From the NCBI GenBank assembly GCA_964549685.1, contig CAZJVE010000009.1, positions 2,484 through 54,811 of the forward strand: 52,328 nt of DNA. Reading direction: 5' to 3'. The notes beneath the pieces are model-generated. The model saw only the letters and a list, made by a program, of their open reading frames with translations, was not told the origin of the DNA and made no database searches. A program made the translations under genes and the position numbers. Positions within the stretch are counted from its first letter, which is position 1. Every line of letters begins with the position of its first letter. Shown piece after piece: positions 18,438 through 26,901 of the stretch. This DNA is from an uncultured archaeon (GTDB taxonomy: Archaea > Altiarchaeota > Altiarchaeia > IMC4 > QMZM01).

Positions 18438-19934
18438 ATGTCAAACTACACGAAAAAGGCGGTAAAGGGAACGAGCATAGTATTCCTGATGGCCCTGCTG
18501 ACTGCATTCCTTTCCTATCTCTGGAGGGTTCTCCTGGAAGGCAGCCTCACGAAGAGCGACTACGGCCTTGTCTTTGCCCTCATTGCCTTCTTCCAGATAA
18601 TCCTGGTCTTCAAGGACCTCGGGATGAATTCCGCGCTTGTCAAATACATCGCCGAATTCAGGGCAGAGGGGAAGCTGGACCAGATAAAGGGCACCATCCA
18701 TATAGCCTTTGTTGTCGAGTTTCTTATCGGCCTTATAATCGGCATTACTGCAATAGCGTTCTCAGATTCCATAGCAGCGGTTCTCTTCCACGATTATGCA
18801 GATACCGCCCTGGCGTCCCTCCTGATAAAGCTCTATGCAGTTGCAATGATTCTCGTCCCGGGAGCATCCGTAATCAGGTCATCCTTTCAGGGGTTCCAGA
18901 GGATGGAGTATTATTCGCTCGTGCCCTTCATCAGGACATGTTCGCTCCTCTTCTTCACCTACATACTGCTTGACCAGGGCCTGCTCGTAATCGCACCGAT
19001 TCTGGCATATGTGCTGTACTACATGCTGCCGCCACTCATATACTTCCCCATATTCATAAGGAAGGTATTCCCTGACTTCTTCAGGGTAAGGGCGTTCCTC
19101 GACAGGAACCTCACAAAGAAACTCTTCCGTTTCGGAATCCCGGTGATTCTCACGGGATTCGGGGGGATAATATTCACCACCACCGATACTGCAATTCTCA
19201 CACTGTTCAGGCCTCTAAGCGAGGTAGGGCTCTACAACATCGGAATGCCCACCTCCAGGATACTGTGGAAGCTGAGCGCCGCGCTCACCGTGGTTCTTCT
19301 TCCCCTGTCCTCGGAGCTCTGGGTATCAAAGAGCGCTGACAGGATAGGCAAGGGAATGGAAATGCTCTACAAATACGCCTTCATGCTCATCCTACCGCTG
19401 TCGATAGTCATGTTCATGTTCCCGGAGATAATCCTCCGGCTTATATTCGGCGGCGATTCCATTGGAGCTGCAAACGTCATAAGAATCCTCTCCATAGGGG
19501 CAGTAGCAAGGGTTCTCGGGACCGCCAATAATACCATTCTTTCCGGAATAGGCAAGCCGGGGGAGGTCAGCAGGATAACCCTCGCCGGGGCAGGGGTTAA
19601 CCTGGTTCTCAACATCCTCCTCATCCCGGTCTATGGGATGGAGGGAGCGGCTGCCACAACGACTCTGACCTTTATCCTCATGTTCCTTTTGGCCATGAAA
19701 AAGCTCCGTGAATCAATAGACATGAGATTGCCCTGGATGGACTTCCTCAGCATCGCAATGGCGGGAATCCTCGTCTCGGCATTCATCCTGCTGATAACAG
19801 CACTGCCCTTCGACATCTGGACAAAGCTCGCAATCTCGCTGCTCTTTGGCTCGATGCTATATGTTATGGCCCTGCTGGGGCTGAGAACCATCAGCATAGA
19901 GGAAGTGAGAAAGACCGCAAGGCGGATACTCTGA
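18438..19934 (+). CDS. Oligosaccharide flippase (Wzx/MOP superfamily)
   Basis: KKAVKGT, DYGL, DLGMNSALVKYI, FQGFQRM, TDTAIL, EVGLYN, LNILLIPVYGMEGAAA; about 14 TM segments. Confidence 0.92.
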   Translation: MSNYTKKAVKGTSIVFLMALLTAFLSYLWRVLLEGSLTKSDYGLVFALIAFFQIILVFKDLGMNSALVKYIAEFRAEGKLDQIKGTIHIAFVVEFLIGLIIGITAIAFSDSIAAVLFHDYADTALASLLIKLYAVAMILVPGASVIRSSFQGFQRMEYYSLVPFIRTCSLLFFTYILLDQGLLVIAPILAYVLYYMLPPLIYFPIFIRKVFPDFFRVRAFLDRNLTKKLFRFGIPVILTGFGGIIFTTTDTAILTLFRPLSEVGLYNIGMPTSRILWKLSAALTVVLLPLSSELWVSKSADRIGKGMEMLYKYAFMLILPLSIVMFMFPEIILRLIFGGDSIGAANVIRILSIGAVARVLGTANNTILSGIGKPGEVSRITLAGAGVNLVLNILLIPVYGMEGAAATTTLTFILMFLLAMKKLRESIDMRLPWMDFLSIAMAGILVSAFILLITALPFDIWTKLAISLLFGSMLYVMALLGLRTISIEEVRKTARRIL

Positions 19935-20046
19935 TTTCTAAGACCAAGGCATTTATTTCCAAAAGCAAGAGTATTTATATAAGTAATGCTATTATAAATA
20001 TATATTTATATATCTTAAATTAAATAAATATATAAATGATGATAAA
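19935..20046 (+). promoter_or_regulatory. Very AT-rich promoter region of the phn-like operon with 18-bp palindrome
   Basis: TATAAATATATATTTATA (19993-20010) is a perfect palindrome; several TATA-like boxes (TTTATATA, TATATAAA). Confidence 0.5.
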
Positions 20047-20961
20047 ATGAAAACAAAAATCTTGACGGGCTTGGCAATAATTGCCATGGTATTTTTGCTT
20101 GGCTGCACCAGCCAGCAGGAGCCAACAGGAGGGACAACTGGAGGAACAACGGGAGGAACAACGCCAGAGATAACGGTTTTGAAGATGGGACTTATCCCGG
20201 CGGATGACGCCGAGGAGATGGTCAGAAACTATCAGCCGGTAGCAGAGTATCTTGAGGGAAAGCTTGGCATTCCGATTGAGATTCAGGTTACATCCGACTA
20301 TACTGCCGCGATAGAGGCGATGAGGTCGAAGCACATAGACCTGGCGTGGTTCGGACCCTTTTCCTATGTACTTGCAGCACAGGAGGCGAACGCCGAGGCC
20401 ATCGTGAATGGAGTACGGAGGGACACCGGACTCTCGACATACAAGAGCGTAATCATTACAAGAGCTGATAGTGGCATAGAAACCCTGGATGATTTGAAGG
20501 GGCGCTCATTCGCCTTCGTAGACCCGGCATCGACATCAGGAAACCTGATACCCAGGAAGATGCTCATCGAGAACAACATAGACCCCGACAACGACTTCTC
20601 CACAATGTATTATGCAGGAACCCACAATGCTGTTGAGCTCGCAGTTGCAAATGGAAAAGTGGATGCCGGTGCAAATAGCGATACCACCTACTACCGGATG
20701 ATAGATGCAGGGGAGATAGATCCTGAGGTTAACATAATACTGCATGAATCCGAGCCGATTCCAGGGTCCCCAATAGTCGTCAGGGGAGATTTGCCCGAAG
20801 ACCTCAAGAGGAACATCCAGGATGCGTTGGTTAACATGGACGAACAGACCATACACAAGGTAGCCGGATGGGGCAATATTGCAAGTTATGTTGAAGTGGA
20901 AGACAGTGATTATGACGTTATCAGGGAGACCGCAAAGGTACTAGACATGGACCTGACCTAG
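20047..20961 (+). CDS. phnD: Phosphonate/phosphite/phosphate-ester ABC transporter substrate-binding lipoprotein
   Basis: Lipobox FLLGC, (GGTT)3 linker, DYTAAIEAM, GPFSY, DPASTSG, AGTH. Confidence 0.9.
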   Translation: MKTKILTGLAIIAMVFLLGCTSQQEPTGGTTGGTTGGTTPEITVLKMGLIPADDAEEMVRNYQPVAEYLEGKLGIPIEIQVTSDYTAAIEAMRSKHIDLAWFGPFSYVLAAQEANAEAIVNGVRRDTGLSTYKSVIITRADSGIETLDDLKGRSFAFVDPASTSGNLIPRKMLIENNIDPDNDFSTMYYAGTHNAVELAVANGKVDAGANSDTTYYRMIDAGEIDPEVNIILHESEPIPGSPIVVRGDLPEDLKRNIQDALVNMDEQTIHKVAGWGNIASYVEVEDSDYDVIRETAKVLDMDLT

Positions 20962-20963
20962 AG

Positions 20964-21689
20964 ATGAACGAGAGAATAGCAGTAATGGGCGACATCCACA
21001 GCAATTATCTTGCCTTGGATGCCGTTCTAAGGGACATAAAGGAAAAGGGGATTCGGGAGATATTTTGCCTTGGAGATTTGACAGGATACGCTCCCAATCC
21101 CGACAAGGTCTTTCCCATACTGAAGGGGATAAAGACCGTGATGGGCAACTATGAGGATGCAGTCGCATTCGAAAAGGAGGACTGCGGCTGCAACTACATA
21201 GACCCGGAGGCAATCCGGCTCTCGAAGATAAGCCTTGAATGGACCATCGAGCATACATCCAAAGAAAACAAGGAATGGATGAAGAATTTGCCAAAAGAGC
21301 TAAGGATGGAATTTGATGGAAGAAGGGTCGTTATAATTCATGGCCACCAGGGGAACATAGGCGAGAGGCTTCAGCCTAATTCCCCGGATGATTTGTTTCT
21401 CGAGACCCTGGACAAATACAATGCCGATATTCTTTTCTGCGCACATTCGCATATACCTTTCCATAAGGCGTTGGGCAGGAGGCATTTCATAAACCCAGGC
21501 TCCGTTGGGCGGCCCAGGACTGGCGACCCCAGGGCCTCCTATGCAATAGTCGACCTCGGGAAGGAGATAAAGACGGACTTCAGACTCGTCGAATATAATC
21601 ACGAGGAATTCGCCCGCGAGATAGAGAACTCAGACATGCCTGAAAACAACTTTGCTGATGTAATAAGAAAGGGCCACTGGAAGATGTAA
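20964..21689 (+). CDS. Calcineurin-like metallophosphoesterase (YfcE-like) with DCGC insert
   Basis: GDIHSN, LGDLTGY, GNYE, IHG, AHSH, NPGSVG. Confidence 0.9.
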   Translation: MNERIAVMGDIHSNYLALDAVLRDIKEKGIREIFCLGDLTGYAPNPDKVFPILKGIKTVMGNYEDAVAFEKEDCGCNYIDPEAIRLSKISLEWTIEHTSKENKEWMKNLPKELRMEFDGRRVVIIHGHQGNIGERLQPNSPDDLFLETLDKYNADILFCAHSHIPFHKALGRRHFINPGSVGRPRTGDPRASYAIVDLGKEIKTDFRLVEYNHEEFAREIENSDMPENNFADVIRKGHWKM

Positions 21690-21690
21690 G

Positions 21691-22464
21691 ATGATAGAGG
21701 TAAAAAATCTAACCCACCGGTACAAGACGAGGGAGGAGAAGGCAGTCCAGGACGTAAGCCTCAATGTAGATAAGGGAGAGATTCTCATAATCCTCGGCTC
21801 AAGCGGTGCTGGAAAGTCAACCCTTCTCAAGTGCATGAACAGGATTATAGAGCCGGATGCGGGAGAGATACACATAGAAGGCAGGGACATCCTCAGTGCC
21901 CCTGTTGCTGAGGCAGAAAAAATCAGGAGGAACATGGGTATGATATTCCAGCAGTTCAACCTGGTGGAGAGGAACACAGTTCTCGATAACGTCATAACCG
22001 GGAGGCTGGGCTATACCTCCACCCTCAAGAGCGCGCTCGGCCGTTTTTCCAGGGAGGATAGGAACATAGCCATGGACTGCATCGAGAGGGTCACTCTACA
22101 GGACTATGCCCACGAAAGAGTAAGCAACCTGAGCGGTGGGCAGAAGCAGAGGGTCGGAATCGCAAGGGCCCTGACACAGAAACCCAAGATAATCCTGGCT
22201 GATGAGCCTGTATCGGCATTAGACCCGAAGCTGATGAAGGAGATAATGGACCTGCTCCAGAGCATATGCACCGAGGACTGCATAACCTTGATAGTCAGCC
22301 TTCACTTCCTTGAGCTTGCGAAGAAATACGCCACAAGGCTCGTGGGAATGAAAGACGGCAGGATTGTCTTCGACGGCAAACCGGACGAGCTCAACGAGAA
22401 AAACATAATAGATATCTATGGCGAGAGCAGGGACTGGAGGCTCTACGGCAAGGTGGGATACTAA
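21691..22464 (+). CDS. phnC: Phosphonate ABC transporter ATP-binding protein
   Basis: GSSGAGKST, GMIFQQFNLV, LSGGQKQRVGIARAL, ILADEPVSALDP, SLH. Confidence 0.93.
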   Translation: MIEVKNLTHRYKTREEKAVQDVSLNVDKGEILIILGSSGAGKSTLLKCMNRIIEPDAGEIHIEGRDILSAPVAEAEKIRRNMGMIFQQFNLVERNTVLDNVITGRLGYTSTLKSALGRFSREDRNIAMDCIERVTLQDYAHERVSNLSGGQKQRVGIARALTQKPKIILADEPVSALDPKLMKEIMDLLQSICTEDCITLIVSLHFLELAKKYATRLVGMKDGRIVFDGKPDELNEKNIIDIYGESRDWRLYGKVGY

Positions 22465-22465
22465 G

Positions 22466-23266
22466 ATGAAAATAGGCAAGAGAGCAAAGCTAGGCAAGAG
22501 GGCAAAGCACGGCATTTTCCTTCTAGTCACGGTTCTGGTATACTGGTGGGCCATCCAGGGCACCAACACGAGTCCCGGGGAATTCATCGAGGGAATTCCC
22601 TTCATGGTCAAATTCACCCTGAGGATGTTCCCCCCAGACACGGAAATCCTCGGCCTTCTCATAGAGAGGATGGAGGAGACCCTGCAGATAGCTGTGATGG
22701 GCACAACCCTGGGGGCGCTGATTGCCTTCCCGCTTTCGTTCCTTGCCGCAAGGAACATAATGCCCAACAGGTTCGTATATCAGTCAGTAAGGTCAATCTT
22801 CGACATATGCAGGGGGATTAACGAGATAGTATGGGCCCTCATATTCGTCTCCATGGTCGGCCTCGGAGCCTTTCCGGGAGTCCTTGCACTTGCTGTTCAT
22901 CTCACCGGAGCGCTGGGTAGATACTTCTCAGAATCAATAGAGACCGTAAACCCGGAGACCGTAAAGGCGATAGTTGCAACAGGAGCGAACAAAATCCAGG
23001 TGATAATCTACGGCATAATCCCCGAGGTAAAGCCCCTATTTATAAACTATATCCTCTATTATTTTGAGCACAGCGTAAGGGCAGCCACCATCCTCGGTCT
23101 TGTAGGGGCTGGAGGTATAGGGATGGAATTGATAACGAGCATGAGGCTGTTCAAAACCCATGAAGTTCTGACAATCCTGATAATGATGGTTGCCATGGTT
23201 ATTTCCATTGACAGGATAAGCGCATACATAAGGAACAAAATCATCAAGGTGGAGATTGTTGAATGA
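22466..23266 (+). CDS. phnE: Phosphonate ABC transporter permease
   Basis: MFPPD, ETLQIA, FLAARN, VGLGAFPGVLAL, VRAATILGLVGAGGIG. ATG 22466 directly after the phnC stop. Confidence 0.93.
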   Translation: MKIGKRAKLGKRAKHGIFLLVTVLVYWWAIQGTNTSPGEFIEGIPFMVKFTLRMFPPDTEILGLLIERMEETLQIAVMGTTLGALIAFPLSFLAARNIMPNRFVYQSVRSIFDICRGINEIVWALIFVSMVGLGAFPGVLALAVHLTGALGRYFSESIETVNPETVKAIVATGANKIQVIIYGIIPEVKPLFINYILYYFEHSVRAATILGLVGAGGIGMELITSMRLFKTHEVLTILIMMVAMVISIDRISAYIRNKIIKVEIVE

Positions 23267-24039
23267 AAGCAATAATTATAGCAGCGGGGCCAGCAACAAG
23301 AATGAGGCCCTTGACCAAGGAATTGCCGAAGTGCATGCTGCCCATCAACGGAAAGCCGATAATACAGAACACCATCGAACTGTTCAGGGGGAACGGAATC
23401 GATGACATCTCCATTATCCGGGGCTACAAGAAGGAGAAGATAGAATTCCCTGACATAACCTATTTTGAAAATGAGGATTTCTGGAATAACAACATACTGC
23501 ACTCCCTCCTGTGCGCGAGGCCCAAGCTTGAGGAGGCAATGAAGACAGGAGAGGACGTCGTAGTAACCTACTCAGACATCTGGTACAACGACTCCGTTGT
23601 CAAGGCACTGCTTGAGTCCAAGGAGGACATCGCATCCATAGTCGATACTGACTGGGAGAGCTATTACGATGGCAGGACGGACCACCCAATCTCGGAGGCC
23701 GAGAACGTCATCATGGATGGCGATAACAGGATGGCGAAGATAGGCAAGCACATCTTCACCGACAAAACGCCAAAGGACAAGCAGGGGGAATTCATTGGGT
23801 TGTGGAAATTTACACCAAAGGGGATAAGGATATTCCTGAGGCATTTCGACAGACTGAACTCAAACCTGAAGAAGATTGACCCCTACCAGAATACAAAGGA
23901 ATGGCAGAAGTCCTATATCACCGACATGTTCCAGGAGATGATTGACACGGGTGAGAGGCTTTACTGCGTTCCGATACAAAAGAACTGGGCGGAGTTCGAC
24001 ACGGTCCAGGACTATGAAAAATTGCAGGAGGGCCTTTGA
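23263..24039 (+). CDS. Phosphocholine/phosphonate cytidylyltransferase family protein (LicC/PntC-like) 1
   Basis: KAIIIAAGPATRMRPLT..PKC, GYKKE, NNILHSL, YSDI, GEFIGL, WAEFDT. Confidence 0.85.
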   Translation: MKAIIIAAGPATRMRPLTKELPKCMLPINGKPIIQNTIELFRGNGIDDISIIRGYKKEKIEFPDITYFENEDFWNNNILHSLLCARPKLEEAMKTGEDVVVTYSDIWYNDSVVKALLESKEDIASIVDTDWESYYDGRTDHPISEAENVIMDGDNRMAKIGKHIFTDKTPKDKQGEFIGLWKFTPKGIRIFLRHFDRLNSNLKKIDPYQNTKEWQKSYITDMFQEMIDTGERLYCVPIQKNWAEFDTVQDYEKLQEGL

Positions 24040-24735
24040 ATGAAAGCCATAATCATAGCATCCGGCAGGGGAACCAGACTCTTGCCTTTAACGGAAAACA
24101 AGGCTCAGTGCCTCCTCGAGGTGGGCAATGAGACCATCCTCGAGCACCAGATAAAAATCCTTGAAGGCTCTGGAATCAAGGACATTTTTGTCATTACAGG
24201 CCACTGCGCGCAGCAGGTGGAGGAGAAATACAAAGGAAAAGCAGAGTTCATCTACAACCCCTTTTACAGGCATACCGGAATCGCGATGTCGCTCTGGTTC
24301 GCAAAGGAGAGAGCAAAGGACGACTTCGTATTCCTGTATTCGGACATCCTGTTCGACAGGAACATACTCAAGAATCTCCTGGCTACCAAGGGGGACATAT
24401 GCATCGCCGTTGACAGGAAAAAGGGCGGGGAGGAGGACGAGAAGGTGGTTCTCAAAGACGGGCTGGTCAGGGACATGGGCAAGGTCAACATAAAGCCGGA
24501 GGACTCCGACGGAATCTTCATAGGGCTTGCGAAATTCTCGAAAAAGGGCGCGGAAACCCTATTCGATGAAATTGACAGGGCCTCAAGAGAGAGGCTGGAC
24601 GCCTATCTTACCGACGCAATAGACAACCTAATCAAGGCCGGACAGAAGGTGAATTTCTCAGAGGCCAAAGGAAACTGGATAGACATAGACTTCGCCGAGG
24701 ACCTGGAAAGGGCGGGGGGCGTGGAATGGCACTGA
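24040..24735 (+). CDS. LicC/PntC-like cytidylyltransferase 2
   Basis: KAIIIASGRGTRLLPLT, YNPFY, YSDILF, EKV, FIGLAKFS, WIDIDFAEDL. Confidence 0.85.
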   Translation: MKAIIIASGRGTRLLPLTENKAQCLLEVGNETILEHQIKILEGSGIKDIFVITGHCAQQVEEKYKGKAEFIYNPFYRHTGIAMSLWFAKERAKDDFVFLYSDILFDRNILKNLLATKGDICIAVDRKKGGEEDEKVVLKDGLVRDMGKVNIKPEDSDGIFIGLAKFSKKGAETLFDEIDRASRERLDAYLTDAIDNLIKAGQKVNFSEAKGNWIDIDFAEDLERAGGVEWH

Positions 24736-25622
24736 CCCAGAGGAACATAGAGGTCGATACAGAGGTATGGAATTCCCTGAAATCTGAGGCAATGAGCAGC
24801 AACAAGAACGTCCGCGAATTTGCGGGGGAGATTCTTGCGGACCATGTCAATGGCAAAGGGAAGAGAGAAAGGACCGGAATCAGGGCGATAATCCTTGCGG
24901 CAGGCCCTGGAACCCGGCTGAGGCCATTAACGGACGACAAGCCGAAGTGCATGCTGGAGATAAACGGAAAGACCCTCATCGAGAGGCAGATAGAGGTCTT
25001 CAGGAACTGCGGCATAGACGACATAACCGTCGTAAAGGGCTACAAGAAGAACATGATAAACTATCCCGGCATCAAATACTACATCAACAGGAATTACAAG
25101 AACAACAACATCCTCGAATCCCTGATGCATGCTGAGAAGGAGATGGACTCGGAATTCATAGCATCCTATTCAGACATCCTGTATGATGAAGGCATCATAA
25201 AGAAGCTGATGAAGAGCGGGGGCGACGTCTCCATAGTCACGGACACGGACTGGACCTCCCATTACAAAGACAGATACCAGCATCCAATAGAAGAGGCCGA
25301 GAAGGTAGCGGTCAAGGATGGAAAGGTCACAAGGATAACCAAGATTATAAACCCCAACGAAGCATATGGGGAATTCATTGGCCTTATAAAATTTTCAAAT
25401 AAGGGAGCAGAAATTCTGAAGAAGGAATTCAGCAGGGTAAGGAAGGAATTCCGAGCAAAGCCGTTCCAGACGGCGGCCTCCATAGAGAAAGCCTATCTGA
25501 CAGACATGATTCAGGAGCTCATAGACCGGGGCCACAGGGTCGAGAGTGTCGACATACAGGGCAAATGGCTTGAGATAGACACGCTGGAGGACTACGAGCG
25601 CGCGAAGAAACTGATAAGGTAG
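24726..25622 (+). CDS. LicC/PntC-like cytidylyltransferase 3 with N-terminal ribbon-helix-helix-like extension
   Basis: Catalytic domain starts at RAIILAAGPGTRLRPLT after ~50 aa (RNIEVDTEVWNSLKSEA...VREFAGEIL). Confidence 0.85.
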   Translation: MALTQRNIEVDTEVWNSLKSEAMSSNKNVREFAGEILADHVNGKGKRERTGIRAIILAAGPGTRLRPLTDDKPKCMLEINGKTLIERQIEVFRNCGIDDITVVKGYKKNMINYPGIKYYINRNYKNNNILESLMHAEKEMDSEFIASYSDILYDEGIIKKLMKSGGDVSIVTDTDWTSHYKDRYQHPIEEAEKVAVKDGKVTRITKIINPNEAYGEFIGLIKFSNKGAEILKKEFSRVRKEFRAKPFQTAASIEKAYLTDMIQELIDRGHRVESVDIQGKWLEIDTLEDYERAKKLIR

Positions 25623-25625
25623 ACG

Positions 25626-26495
25626 ATGGAGTCCTACGCAGTCTTACTGGTCCTTACCTCCGCCTTTCTGCACTCGATATGGAACTTCCTGCTGAAGGAT
25701 AGCGGGAACAAGCTTGCATTTGTTTACATACTTAACATTCTCATTGGTATAATATTTCTCCCCGTAGTCTTGCTATCCCTAGGTTCCATCTCCCTGTCTG
25801 AGACTGGAATCCTCTTCGCAATTCTCAGCGGACTGATTCATGCCATCTACTTCATCCTTTTGTCGAAGGCATACTCCCACGGCCACCTCTCCATCGTCTA
25901 CCCCCTGGCAAGGTCCTCGCTCCTTTTCGTTCCAGTCTGGGCCTTCTTCCTCCTGGGAGAGAAACTATCGCTTGAGGGAATTCTCGGCATCCTTCTCATA
26001 ATCCTGGGAATCTACATCCTCCATCTCAGGAGGCTGTCTGTGGATTCCCTGGCCGAGCCCTTCCGGTACATCAGGGAAAAGGGCTCCTTCTTCGCCATCC
26101 TGACTGCGCTGAGCATATCCTTCTACTCCGTGGTTGACAAGGTCGGCGTGGCATTCCTTAACCCAGTGCCATACATCTACATCATGTTCTTCTTCATAAT
26201 GGTGTTCATGACACCCTACGTTCTCCCGGGACACAGGGATAAAATACAGAGCGAGTGGGATAGCAACAAGAAAAGGATACTCGCAAGCTCAGTCCTCTGC
26301 GTAACGAGCTACCTCATGATTCTATTCGCCTTCCAGCTCAGCAAGGTCAGCTACATAATCTCCCTGAGGCAGATAAGCGTTATCATCGGCGTTCTTCTCG
26401 GGACCACGCTCCTGAAAGAGAAATACGGCAGAATAAGGCTCGTTGCTTCGGCCGTAATGTTCATAGGCTTCTTCCTAGTCAGCATAGCAAACTAG
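25626..26495 (+). CDS. EamA/DMT family transporter
   Basis: LHSIWN, AYSHGHLSIVYPLARS, LGEKLS, YSVVDK, LRQISV, LLKE; 10 TM. Confidence 0.9.
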   Translation: MESYAVLLVLTSAFLHSIWNFLLKDSGNKLAFVYILNILIGIIFLPVVLLSLGSISLSETGILFAILSGLIHAIYFILLSKAYSHGHLSIVYPLARSSLLFVPVWAFFLLGEKLSLEGILGILLIILGIYILHLRRLSVDSLAEPFRYIREKGSFFAILTALSISFYSVVDKVGVAFLNPVPYIYIMFFFIMVFMTPYVLPGHRDKIQSEWDSNKKRILASSVLCVTSYLMILFAFQLSKVSYIISLRQISVIIGVLLGTTLLKEKYGRIRLVASAVMFIGFFLVSIAN

Positions 26496-26555
26496 ATATC
26501 CAGGGAGTCTATAACGCCGTCAATCTAAAAACCCCTAGCAGAACAAACTCATCTC

Positions 26556-26765
26556 TCAGTCCAGATACCCAAGCGCCTTCAGCCTCTCCCTTACCTTTTC
26601 CTCGTCCTCATCGGAGGCCTTTTCCTCCTTTCCTTCAGAAACAACCTCCTTCAGAACATAGGTGACGTAATCGGAAAGCGACTCGAATTCGGTGCCCTTC
26701 ATCCTCTCTTCAATCTTCCCGGCTATGGATTTCGGAATCTCCACGTCCACGGTTTCTTCTGCCAT
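26556..26765 (-). CDS. Small CopG/ribbon-helix-helix protein with C-terminal EEKVRERLKALGYLD tail
   Basis: VEIPKSIAGKI...FESLSDYVTYVLKE RHH pattern; acidic linker and LKALGYL tail. Confidence 0.8.
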   Translation of the reverse strand: MAEETVDVEIPKSIAGKIEERMKGTEFESLSDYVTYVLKEVVSEGKEEKASDEDEEKVRERLKALGYLD

Positions 26766-26901
26766 CTTACTAATAGATGTAGGTTGAAATGACTAAAAAT
26801 CAAATGCATATTTTAGTGGCATTTTTGCTTTCGATGTTTAATAGATGACACACATTCTCTCTGAGAATTCACCAAAATCGGGGAGGGGGCATTTAAACAA
26901 G

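Noticed and set aside
20047-23266. Phosphite oxidation (ptx/ptd) or C-P lyase cluster
   Set aside because: No ptxD-like dehydrogenase, ptdC-like MFS transporter or phnGHIJ genes are visible.
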